Shown here: positions 22,592-56,787 of the stretch, piece by piece | How the letters are laid out: every line of letters starts with the position of its first letter | Position numbering within the stretch: the stretch's first letter is position 1 | NCBI GenBank assembly: GCA_963693365.1 | Contig: CAVNZM010000007.1 | Location: 5,391,962-5,455,961 of the forward strand | From: Amoebidium appalachense | Taxonomy: Eukaryota > Protista > Ichthyosporea | Direction of reading: 5' to 3' | Length of the DNA: 64,000 bases | Notes under the pieces: generated by a model | The model's database searches: none | Seen by the model: only the letters and a program-made list of their open reading frames with translations | Told to the model about the DNA's origin: nothing | Program-made: the position numbers and the translations under genes

Positions 22592-23691
22592 CACGCTTCC
22601 AACCCTTTCCTTCATATGCACACAGACACACTGCACCCCCACTACATAATAAGAAAAGCTTACAAAAAAAAAAAAAGAATAGGTAAAAAGGAAAATAAAA
22701 TCCTTTATATGCACACAGACATGCTGCACCGCCACTACATAATAAGAAAAGGCTTAATAAAAAAAAAAAAAAAGAATAGGTAAAAAGGAAAATAAAAGTG
22801 AACAATATATATAAGCACCCTGGTCCATACACGTACCAATAGTGTCTGGGAGGGAATGCACAGAGATCTCACGCAGGGGGAGAATGGTCTGTTTTGACAG
22901 CTTGATGTTCTCAATCACTATGTTTCCGTAAACGAGAACATCGTTGAAGAGAAAGAACTGGCGGGGCTTGAGCTTCTTTCTGCACATCTTTTTTAACACA
23001 CCCTCCCCTACCAGCACACGTCCTGGTATGTAGAGCACCTGTGAGGAGAATAGTGCACGACTTTGGTTTTCTCGTTGATCATCATGCCGATCAACCAATG
23101 TTTCTGTAACAGTTGCTTATGTGCGGGAACTTTGGGCAAGGGAGGAAGAGAGGGGGGGCAGGGGGGAAAGGGGGGGCCAGAGGGGGGGAGTGGGGGGGGG
23201 GGGGGTGTGGAGAGTGGGGAGGGGGGGGTCTTTTTTCCAGTAGGCAACCTGGAGGCTCAGTGTGGTCAAAAAAATCTCTATCATAAATAATGAATAAATT
23301 AAACAGAGGGAACGCATGCAAGAATTCGCATCTCCGATCCAGAGAACATGCTAGTTTGACAGTGCCGGAGCCACCTGAAAGATGAACCAACCGACAAGCT
23401 AACTAGTGCACATGATAGTACAGATCCAGCCAGATCCAAAACCTAGAATCGTCAACGGACCCCTGGAAGAGAAAAGGGGAGGGAAGAGGAGGAGGAAAGG
23501 GGGAGGGGGGGGGGGGGGGGGGGGATATAGAGGCATTGGGTGTCGTTTAAGTTTTTGTTTTTCACATCCTGTACGCATGCATCCCCACCAGGATCCTTAC
23601 TGACCTTTCCAGATGTTCCAAAGAGCTCCTCCACGGCCTTGATTCGCCGCTCATTCTCCTTCGCCATAGACAGCTTGTCAACGCTGGTCAT
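18416..23691 (-). CDS. PLEKHF2: Phafin2-like PH and FYVE domain protein, 6 exons
   Basis: Exons 23691-23605, 23038-22837, 22164-22042, 20933-20821, 19757-19548, 18586-18416, with consistent phases. [37 protein letters not shown] (PH); AAVWVPD...[13 protein letters not shown]...PVRVC (FYVE); acidic SSDDEEE tail. Confidence 0.93.
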
Positions 23692-24309
23692 TTTCTGAAA
23701 CTTAAAATAGAGCCTGGTAAAGGAAAAAAGCCACGCTTTTTCTAGCTCTTTCTCGCCAGTCACCTTCGTAGATGGAAGACAGTCACGAATCACACAACTT
23801 CAGCTTCAACGTGAAAATTGGGAAAGAACTATAGACTGAACAATCCTTTTTCACCTTGAGCTTTCGCTGTACTTCCTTCGCTTTGATGCGTATTAATTTA
23901 ATCTTTTCAGATGCTTCGACCGATTTTCAATTATGATTGAATTAATGCTTGTGGAAAAAATCAACAGAGTGGCTTGAAGGTGAACGTGGGCAGTCTGGCA
24001 GTAGGGCGAGCTCGGTGAGCCGCGCAGGCCCGCGCTGCTCCAAAGCTTTGGTCAAGCCGCAACCTGATTGGTGGGTTCATGGTGCGTGTTAAGCCAATCC
24101 TTTGAGCACATATATTGTTTTTTATGGTTATATATAGCAGGGCGTGAATGTACAACGTACAGGGCTTGAAAACCCGCCACGACTGAGCAACCTGACTCTG
24201 CTGAACGTTAGCCGGCTGATCCTCCCGGACACCCGACTCGTGGCCCGAGCAGCCTTTCAGAGGTGTTGAACCTTCAGAACATGATGCACGCAAAGTGACG
24301 AAAGCAATA

Positions 24310-24344
<35 letters not shown>

Positions 24345-24868
24345 AGGGTCCTGTCTCCTCGGGGGCCCATATGCATGTCATCAGATGCGCAATGCCATGC
24401 ATGCGCGTGCGCATGCATGAGGGGTATACCGGGGCTGGCCGCGCGCGGGCCCCGGCCCTAGGCCTTGCACCCGGGGAGGTCATGACTCAAGTAAGCTAAC
24501 CGGCCGATCCACCGTGGCACTAGTACGTATACTACTACCATTACTACCTCCATCCAACCCCCTCCCAACCTTTTGTAATACCACTTCTCCTCCTCTGGGC
24601 CCCTCGGGGGACGCTGGCGTAGGCTTGCGGCCGGAGAGGGCGCCCCTGCGTGGGGGGGGGGGGGGGGGGGGGGGGGAGGGGGCTGCAGGGGGGGGGGGGG
24701 GGGGGGGGGGGGATCCGAATTAGGGCCCAGAGCTGGCGATCGAGTGGCGGCCACAAGGGCCGGCCGCGGCGAAGTTTAGTTAGGGGAAATATTCCCCTAG
24801 GCCTGTGCATGACTAACATATTAGTACTGCAAATAATATGTAGTAACCATAGTGACCAGTGAACATGG

Positions 24869-24948
24869 GGGGCGGGTTGGTGCAATGGTAAGATCTCTGC
24901 GTGTCAGGCTCAAAGTCGCAGGATCGATCCTGGTTACTTCCGATTTTT
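24869..24948 (+). pseudogene. tRNA-like relic or SINE head
   Basis: A-box TGGTGCAATGGTA, B-box-like GGATCGATCC, GTC at the anticodon position and a T5 terminator. The stems do not pair well. Confidence 0.35.
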
Positions 24949-25367
24949 GTGCTGCCTCGCCGGTCTGGCCGCCCCCTAGAAGCCATCACCCCAGACCACG
25001 TCAAGCAGCACCACCAATTTGTTATCATCCGGCCGCAAGACATGACGTCATGAACAGCACCGGCCCGCTGACGTCGACGGCGCGCCGCTTGGGCATCCCG
25101 GCAACCGGCCCAAAGTTCAAGTGGGAGACCAATCCGAGTCACCGGCCACCGCGGTTCGGGTCAGCGTCCCGGGCATGGGGTCTTCCCTTTCAAGTCTTTA
25201 TGTTTGTGTACCTATCTATGTGTCCCAGGTCGCTTCCGGTTGGTGTTGCACAGCTCACTTCACTACAATAGCGTTGCTGCGGCTAGAACCGTGGGATAAG
25301 GCGTAACTAAAAATAGTGCCAGTTGGGGTCAATTAGAATTCTGACTTATGAGTGTGCTTGCTATACA

Positions 25368-25954
25368 GGGGTTTACACACTTTTTATTGCGTGGACATTG
25401 CCGGAGGCCCAGCCACATTCGACGGCCTACTGCGTTTTCCAGCACAGCCAATCAAATGCAGCCAGTGACATATGTACATGCTAGGCAACAATGAGCGCCA
25501 TCGTAGTATCTGACACCCCTATTACATATTATGGGTAAGCAGATGCTAGCATCGGTAGCTCCGACAGAAAGTTAAGGCACCGGATCACAATATCATACTG
25601 TGCAGCATTAATAAGGTGATCTAGGATAGTCATCTTAAAACGGATATATTGAGGAAGAGAGGAAGAAAAGAGAATAAAACCGCCAATAACCTCCGGTTCT
25701 AATACATTAGCTAACAGGTTGCATTTATTGATAGATATGCAGCCGCGAGTAAACCGCCCCCCACACATATTACACATACGAGCAGGAGACACCAGAAACC
25801 GATTACACCGCCAAGCCATAATCATCTTTGCGTTTTTACACCACACCACATTACGAATAAGCGAATCTATGTATGAACGAGACTCTCTAACCGTATCCGC
25901 CATATAGGCTACTACAATTTTGCGGTCCTAACACCGGAAGGGACTCAACACGTA
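25368..25954 (-). mobile_element. 5'-truncated non-LTR retrotransposon 3' end, copy 2
   Basis: Inverted homologue of 13998-14620 with an open 124-aa ORF (25529-25903). Ends GTGTAAA-CCCC. Confidence 0.65.
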
Positions 25955-26236
25955 TGTACGATCTGTGTCTAGGCGGAAGACGGTAAGCTCCCCTGAGGCA
26001 GTGCCTCGCCGGGAGTGAAACGGGATAATAATAAAAAAAAAGAAAATAAAAAAAACACGTGACCAGTGTACACACCTCACAATAGTTGCTGTCACTTGCG
26101 TACTTAGCAGAGAATTTTGCAACATGTAGATGATGCTTCTCATTTCTCGCGATACCTTAGTTGCAATCACTTGCGTACTTAGGAGAGAATTTTGGAACAT
26201 GTAGATGATGGTTCTCGCGATACCTAAGGGGCTTAA

Positions 26237-27220
26237 GGGCCTGTTTGGCAACGCGGAGTTACTAACTCCGGCGTAGACCGTATACGCCGGGTATCAAATC
26301 AGTATCCAGATTCTGATTTGTAATCCGGATTTAGGTCAAAACCTGGCGTAGATAATAACCGCTCGTGCCAAACAGACAACACTTTTTTCAGCTGCAGCTT
26401 AGTTTATCAAGTCACATTGCGCAAGTTTTACGTTGATCGGAGTGCGCATACTTTGCACGTATATCGTACCTAGGACTCAGTACTATTTTTTTTGTAGTGA
26501 CTGTGCAGTGTCCCGTATGTATGTATTTGTATACACTGTAATGATACCATTTGCATATATAACAACATCAACGTTTCCGGTTGCAAAACCACTATGTATT
26601 TAGCACGAAACATGGCCCTTTCGGCCGCAATTGCAGCAATTGCATTCTTTGCTTCCCCCTACAGGCATCCTGTCGGTTCAGACAATCTTGACCGATGTGC
26701 AAAAGATTGTCTAATGGTAAAAAAAAGGTTGCCTACAAGTTGGCCGCGAAGAGGAAGAATAGTTGAGGGGGGGCTTGTTTTTATACGACCTACCACACGT
26801 GACCGGCTGTGTGTGGCTGGTCGCAGCCTGCGCTCGGGCTGTCGCAGGCTCACCAGCAAGGCCGGTGACAACGTCACAACGGACTTTCCGTTTGGCGTCT
26901 TTTCCACTTTAACTGTTTTTGGCTATATTGCACTGCCGCCAATTGGCCGAGAGAAATGTAAAAAGGTCTCACGACATGAATTTTCATTGGTTTAGACCTT
27001 CACACGGCGTTGAACATTTCGCGCATAATCCACCTCCGGAGGTGGATTATAGAAATTGGAGTACAAGCGATGTCCAAGGGGTTTGAAACCCGGCGTACAC
27101 AGGCCCAGATTGGGCCGTCTGTTTGGCATCGCGGATTTCAGAAAATCCGCTTTAGCCCTAACTCCAAAATCGATCTTACTCCGGAGTATGGCGGCTAACT
27201 CCGCGTTGCCAAACAGGCCC
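26237..27220. mobile_element. Non-autonomous PIF/Harbinger-type (Tourist-like) DNA transposon, 984 bp
   Basis: Perfect 25-bp TIRs GGGCCTGTTTGGCAACGCGGAGTTA (26237-26261 and 27196-27220), with a TAA target duplication on both sides. Confidence 0.88.
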
Positions 27221-27844
27221 TAAGGGCTGGCAGCGTCGGTTATTTTGCAACGTCTGAAATGGCATCATGCTCAATGATTGGTCACTCAGGCGCTAGCGAG
27301 ACTGAGCCTCGGGGAGTACCCAGTGTTTACTCATTGACTCATTGAAACTGCAACCTCTTATTTGAATGAGAAAAACATGACCGTAACTCGTTGTGGCTAC
27401 TGTATCTATGCAAAAATAAAAAGATATGGAGACGGAGAGACATGGTCATGTTTTTTTGTTTTTTTTTGCCTTCAAGGCACGATTCACTGTCAGTTGTTAC
27501 GAGAGGAGATCTGAACTATTTAGACCCATCAATCTATTCTATCTGTGGAATGTGAGCAACAAATGCATGGGGGATCACCAGGTACTGCTCCCACTGCTAA
27601 TTTGTGCAAGCTGTGCACATGTGCATATAGCTCACATCAGCGAACTATTGATGGCACAAAAGATACATACTGGAGAAATAGCCTCATGAAAATTGCAGTT
27701 GAGTTTAGGGTGAAAATCTACGTGCTTGATAATTTTGTTTTTGCCGGGGTGACGGCTGGAAAGGCTGAGCTAAGTGAGCTTTACTCGTGTATATATATCA
27801 TAATTGTGGTACTCGTCGATATCTATTGAATTGGTTGGTTTCAA

Positions 27845-27965
27845 GCGCCAATCAACGTAGGTCTGAAGAGTGAAGATTGCCAAGACTTGAAGTTCGGTGT
27901 AACAATAATCAAGCCAATCACTAATCGGCCTTACACAACGAGGAATAACGCCCGGGTATAAAAGC
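27845..27965 (+). promoter_or_regulatory. CCAAT/TATA core promoter of the Cys-repeat gene
   Basis: CCAAT at 27848 and 27914, TATAAAA at 27957, about 260 bp before the ATG at 28220. Confidence 0.55.
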
Positions 27966-28219
27966 TTGCACTTTCAAACAAACAAACAAACAGGACTGCT
28001 GTAGTCCGATCGATCACGGCGAAAAGTTCAGTCGAGCTCATTGAGTCATACAACGCTCGCCTCTGAGAGTCAATCACAACCTCCGCATTCGCTCAAAGCC
28101 AAAACCTTTTCCAAGGACAACATTTATACTAGTTTTTGCCATCCGTTCACCTACATAGATAATCTCGCATTTCTCTTACCTATATCGTGCAGGAACATTA
28201 CAAATAGACGCTGACAAAA

Positions 28220-30829
28220 ATGGCGCCTCTCGTGGCCCTGGGCTACGTGTTTGCCTTAGCTTCCGCGGCAATTCTCCCCACGGCAACAGCCGCTTACGCA
28301 GACCTGTGCAGTGTTCCAGCCATAGCTGCACGCTGCACGGCCAAAAACGCTGTGTGCCGCCCCGCCGACACGGCTAGCGGGTTCAAGTGTGTGTGCCTGG
28401 CCGGCTACCGGGCCTTCCTTAACAAGTGTGTTGCTGTGCGCCGTGCCCCTGGCTCCTGCACGCTGCCTAGCGGTCAAATCATTCCTAACGGGTCACCTGC
28501 ACCAGCTCCCGACAAGTGCAACGCCTGCACATGCACCAACGGTGCTCTCGCGTGCACGAAGATTGGGTGCCCAGACATTCCCGGGTCTTCGTGCAAGCTG
28601 GCCAACGGCACCACCGTGCCTTCTGGGGACACATATTACCCAAAGGCCGACGGATGCAACACTTGTGCGTGCCAGAATGGGGTCTTCATTTGCAGCACGA
28701 AAATCTTCTGTGATGTTCCCAATTATAATTTGCCATGCAAGCTGTCGAACGGCGCGGCGGTCCAATCCGGCACTGGTGGCCATCCTGCTGGTTACGGCTG
28801 CAACACGTGCACGTGCACCAACGGTGCTCTCGCATGCACCAAGATTGCATGCCCACCTGGCCTTTCATGCAAGTTGGCCAACGGCACCACCGTGCCTTCT
28901 GGGGACACATATTATCCAAAGGCCGACGGCTGCAACACTTGTGCGTGCAAGAATGGCGTCTTCATATGCTCCACGAAAATCTTCTGTGATGTCCCCACGA
29001 ATAATCTGCCTTGCAAGCTCCGCAACGGCACTGTGATTCCGTCGGGTTCCGCGGCCAAGGACGACTGCAACACGTGCACGTGCGGCAACGGTCAGCTCCT
29101 GTGCACTCTGATGGCGTGCAACGTGCCGGACATGGGCTCCGGATCGTGCAAGCTTTCCAACGGCACGACCGTTCCCTCCGGCACTGGCGGTATCCCTGCG
29201 GGTGACGGCTGCAACACGTGCACGTGCAACATTGGTGCTCTCGCATGCACCAAGCTCTTCTGTGACCCCCAGGCCCCCAAGCCTTGCAAGCTTAGCAACG
29301 GTACCGAGATCCCGTCTGGTGCGACGGGCAAGGACGAGGACGACTGCAACTACTGTTCGTGCAGCAACGGCGCCCTCGCCTGCACTCTGATGGCGTGCAA
29401 CGTGCCGGACATGGGCTCCGGATCCTGCAAGCTTTCCAATGGCACGACCGTTCCCTCCGGCACTGGCGGCATCCCTGCGGGTGACGGCTGCAACACGTGC
29501 ACGTGCAACAATGGTGCTCTCGCATGCACCATGCTCTTCTGTGACCCCCAGGCCCCCAAGCCTTGCAAGCTTAGCAACGGTACCGAGATCCCGTCTGGTG
29601 CGACGGGCAAGGACGAGGACGACTGCAACTACTGTTCGTGCAGCAACGGCGCCCTCGCCTGCACTCTGATGGCGTGCAACGTGCCGGACATGGGCTCCGG
29701 ATCCTGCAAGCTTTCCAACGGCACAACCGTTCCCTCCGGCACTGGCAGCATCCCTGCGGGTGACGGCTGCAACACGTGCACGTGCAACAATGGCGCTCTC
29801 GCCTGCACTCTGATGGCGTGCAATGTGGACATTGGCATCGGATCCTGCAAGCTTTCCAACGGCACAACCGTTCCCTCCGGCACTGGCGGCATCCCTGCGG
29901 GTGACGGCTGCAACACGTGCACGTGCAACAATGGCGCTCTCGCCTGCACTCTGATGGCGTGCAATGTGGACATTGGCATCGGATCCTGCAAGCTTTCCAA
30001 CGGCACAACCGTTCCCTCCGGCACTGGCGGCATCCCTGCGGGTGACGGCTGCAACACGTGCACGTGCAATGGTGGCGTTCTCACGTGCACGAAACTTGCA
30101 TGCCCAGTCAATCCCCTTCCGTGCAAGCTTTCCAACGGCGCAATGGTTCCCTCCGGCACCGGCGGCCACCCCGCTGGTGACGGCTGCAATACGTGCACGT
30201 GTAACAACGGCGCTCTCGGCTGCACTCTGATGGCGTGCAATGTGGACATTGGCATCGGATCCTGCAAGCTTTCCAACGGCACAACCGTTCCCTCCGGCAC
30301 TGGCGGCATCCCTGCGGGTGACGGCTGCAACACGTGCACGTGCAATGGTGGCGTTCTCACGTGCACGAAACTTGCATGCCCAGTCAATCCCCTTCCGTGC
30401 AAGCTTTCCAACGGCGCAATGGTTCCCTCCGGCACCGGCGGCCACCCCGCTGGTGACGGCTGCAATACGTGCACGTGTAACAACGGCGCTCTCGGGTGCA
30501 CCAAAACCGCATGCGTTCCTCTTAAGTCCTGCACGCTCTACAACGGGACGGTGGTTCCCTCAGGCACCGGCGGCCACCCGGCGGGCGACGGCTGCAACGT
30601 GTGCACGTGTAATGATTCCCTCCTTGCCTGCACCTACGTTGGGTGTGGCGCCATCATCCCCACGCTGGCCCCCGAGCCTGGCCTTCCTTGCAGGTTGGCC
30701 GACGGCGTAGAGGTTCCCTCGGGTAGCGAAGGCATCCCGGCTGATGACAACTGTAATACGTGCTCGTGCAATAATGGCGCTCTGGCGTGCACCAAGATTG
30801 CATGCAAACAGGGGTATGCTGAATACTGA
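28220..30829 (+). CDS. Secreted Cys-rich protein: signal peptide, EGF-like domain, 17 pacifastin/VWC-like 6-Cys repeats (putative multi-headed serine protease inhibitor)
   Basis: 869-aa intronless ORF with a hydrophobic N-terminus. Repeat unit C-x(16-21)-CNxCxC-xxG-xxx-CTxxxC matches the pacifastin core except for the longer first spacer. Confidence 0.88.
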   Translation: MAPLVALGYVFALASAAILPTATAAYADLCSVPAIAARCTAKNAVCRPADTASGFKCVCLAGYRAFLNKCVAVRRAPGSCTLPSGQIIPNGSPAPAPDKCNACTCTNGALACTKIGCPDIPGSSCKLANGTTVPSGDTYYPKADGCNTCACQNGVFICSTKIFCDVPNYNLPCKLSNGAAVQSGTGGHPAGYGCNTCTCTNGALACTKIACPPGLSCKLANGTTVPSGDTYYPKADGCNTCACKNGVFICSTKIFCDVPTNNLPCKLRNGTVIPSGSAAKDDCNTCTCGNGQLLCTLMACNVPDMGSGSCKLSNGTTVPSGTGGIPAGDGCNTCTCNIGALACTKLFCDPQAPKPCKLSNGTEIPSGATGKDEDDCNYCSCSNGALACTLMACNVPDMGSGSCKLSNGTTVPSGTGGIPAGDGCNTCTCNNGALACTMLFCDPQAPKPCKLSNGTEIPSGATGKDEDDCNYCSCSNGALACTLMACNVPDMGSGSCKLSNGTTVPSGTGSIPAGDGCNTCTCNNGALACTLMACNVDIGIGSCKLSNGTTVPSGTGGIPAGDGCNTCTCNNGALACTLMACNVDIGIGSCKLSNGTTVPSGTGGIPAGDGCNTCTCNGGVLTCTKLACPVNPLPCKLSNGAMVPSGTGGHPAGDGCNTCTCNNGALGCTLMACNVDIGIGSCKLSNGTTVPSGTGGIPAGDGCNTCTCNGGVLTCTKLACPVNPLPCKLSNGAMVPSGTGGHPAGDGCNTCTCNNGALGCTKTACVPLKSCTLYNGTVVPSGTGGHPAGDGCNVCTCNDSLLACTYVGCGAIIPTLAPEPGLPCRLADGVEVPSGSEGIPADDNCNTCSCNNGALACTKIACKQGYAEY

Positions 30830-31527
30830 GTATTAAGTAAAAGTTTAGGGGTGGCAAAGGATATATATAGGGCTTGTGATACTTTTCTTGGGTCACTATT
30901 TACGGCCAAGTGAACGGTGTGTTGTGTGCAGGCAAATTTCACTAGTATATATAACTATAGCATATATTTTCAATGATATCGTAAAATGTTCTGCCGCGCA
31001 TATATGGCAGGTGAATTAAGGGGAACATAGCCCAGAGGAACATATAACCAACATATGCATGTAGCTATATCAGCATGTACCTTTTTTTATATATGGGTTT
31101 GTTTGCCAGATCGGTGTATTTATCAGCCGATAACAATTAGTATTTGAGTACTTGGTTACAGCCGACAATACCACTGTGTGGCATTATGCCAATAAATTGA
31201 AATATTCAAATGAAGTTCTGTGCCAAAGCAAGACTTTTAATATGCACGACTTCCGGGTTTCCAATAAATGTTCGGCAGACAACATCTGAGACGGCAGGGC
31301 CCCGAATTCGACCCCCCCTCCCCCTCTTTCCCCCCCCCCTCCCCCCTCCCCTCCCCCCTCCCCCCCCCCCCCCAAAAAAAAAAAAAAACATACACAAACA
31401 GACAGAATGTCACCGTGACACGGTTACGTACCACACATGCACACACATGCACACGCTGACGTCATACAGAACACACACCTATATGGGCACATGCGTACAT
31501 GTGCACCCATATATTATTCGCCGCGTA

Positions 31528-31530
<3 letters not shown>

Positions 31531-31578
<48 letters not shown>

Positions 31579-31754
31579 CCACACCCACCCACACACACAC
31601 ACACACAAGCAGATGCACGCACGCACACGCATGCACGCATGCTCACACACACGGTGACGGTCACCCACAAACACACACACACACACACACAATGCAATAC
31701 ACTTTGTACAAACACGCACACCACAAACACACACACCCTCCTACGTATACCCCT

Positions 31755-31787
<33 letters not shown>

Positions 31788-31975
31788 ACACACACACACC
31801 CACACCCACCCACACACCCACACACACAAGCAGATGCACGCACGCACACGCATGCACGCATGCTCACACACACGGTGACGGTCACCCACAAACACACACA
31901 CACACACACACAATGCAATACACTTTGTACAAACACGCACACCACAAACACACACACCCTCCTACGTATACCCCT

Positions 31976-32011
<36 letters not shown>

Positions 32012-32199
32012 ACACACACACACCCACACCCACACACCCACACACACACACAAGCAGATGCACGCACGCACACGCATGCACGCATGCTCACACACACGGT
32101 GACGGTCACCCACAAACACACACACACACACACACAATGCAATACACTTTGTACAAACACGCACACCACAAACACACACACCCTCCTACGTATACCCCT

Positions 32200-32247
<48 letters not shown>

Positions 32248-32250
32248 CGT
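31531..32250. repeat. ~222-bp tandem repeat, about 3.2 copies
   Basis: Unit poly-C + CA-rich + aagcagatgcacgc...cctacgtatacccctgt, repeated at ~31531, 31757, 31978 and 32202. Confidence 0.9.
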
Positions 32251-32739
32251 GACACACACACCAGAGCCTTCCCTCTGAGCCAAAACACTGATTTACACCC
32301 GGCCCCAACCAATGGACAAATACACCACTCTGGGCTAAAAACCAAACTCACATGTAACAGTTTTACTTTACCAAAATGACACAGTCACTTTTAACACTGC
32401 CCCCGGAAGCGAAATTTGTGCCAAAATGACACAGTCACTTTTAACACTGCCCCCGGAAGCGAGATTTGTAAGTATAATTCCATTTATCATCAATAGTCCA
32501 GAAATCAACTTGCTCCCAACAAATACCAACTATGAGAGGCGGGTGTAAAAAGTTGTTCGTTTGAGTCAACTGTTCGAGCGTAAACTAGCATCATACTCGA
32601 CCGCCAGCTTGTTTTAAAAGAAAAAACAAAATATACTTTCGCATTAGAACAGACACAAGCACATGTTACAGTTTATGATGGCCACACAGCGATTAGGGAG
32701 GGAAACTGAAAAAAAAATAAAAAAAATAGAAAAATGAGA

Positions 32740-32780
<41 letters not shown>

Positions 32781-32945
32781 CCTCCACTTTCATACACCCG
32801 GAACAATCTCAAACAAATGCTTCGTTTTATGATCACAACACCCCACCAATCACACTATCAACCACACAATTACGAAACTAATTATCATCACATATCACAC
32901 AACCACTACATCATAATCATCCAATCACATTTGCCATTTAAACTT

Positions 32946-56079
<23,134 letters not shown>

Positions 56080-56363
56080 CTGTGTAAACACGGCGAAATG
56101 ATTTGTGCATGTCTAGGTAAAGGCGGATATGGGGGCCAGAGGGGCAAAGGTCACGGTGTAGGCTATGTGTTGGGATGAGGGGAGAGAGGGGGGGGGGGGG
56201 GGGGGGGGGGGGGGAGGACGCGGGGAGGGTGGGGAGGTGGGGAGTGGGGAGGAGGAGGGGTTAGGGTCGACTACAGAAGTTACTTTTGCACATGACGTTT
56301 GAGGCGCCACTGGTTTCCGGGGAACGCTGGAGGAGGGCAAAGGGGGTGGGGTGGGGTGGGGCG

Positions 56364-56397
<34 letters not shown>

Positions 56398-56787
56398 GTC
56401 CGAAGGGGGAGGGGGGGGGGGAGGGAGAGGGGAGGAGTGAATTATGGAGCAAGGTGGAGAAAAAGGGGGGTTGAACATCTAGCGGTGCATAGGGCGCACA
56501 TTCGCGCCCAACCGTGGCCAAACTACCGAGTGGATGCTATATACATACCCAAAATACGGACGAAACCACGACAAACAAGTAATCATCAAGTAAAGTAAAA
56601 AGAGAAAAGGTCTCTGGTGTTAACGAACACATTTCGACGGGGAGAAATTTATGCAACGAATAAGGCGGTCTGCTCTGCAGATTTATTGTTGCACTGGTGA
56701 ATTCGCTTACCATATAGCGAAATCTAGCCAACCTAAGTATTAGAGAAAGTAAAGCCTGGCAGATGCATATGCCCATGAGCCATGATT

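Noticed and set aside
24869-24942. Functional tRNA-Asp
   Set aside because: Anticodon and acceptor stems do not pair and the T-loop is mutated; kept only as a relic.
26594-26995. 133-aa ORF inside the Harbinger-type element
   Set aside because: No DDE or Myb/MADF motifs recognisable; coding status unsupported.
28865-30534. Long antisense ORFs over the Cys-repeat gene
   Set aside because: Shadow ORFs of a GC-rich tandemly repeated coding sequence.
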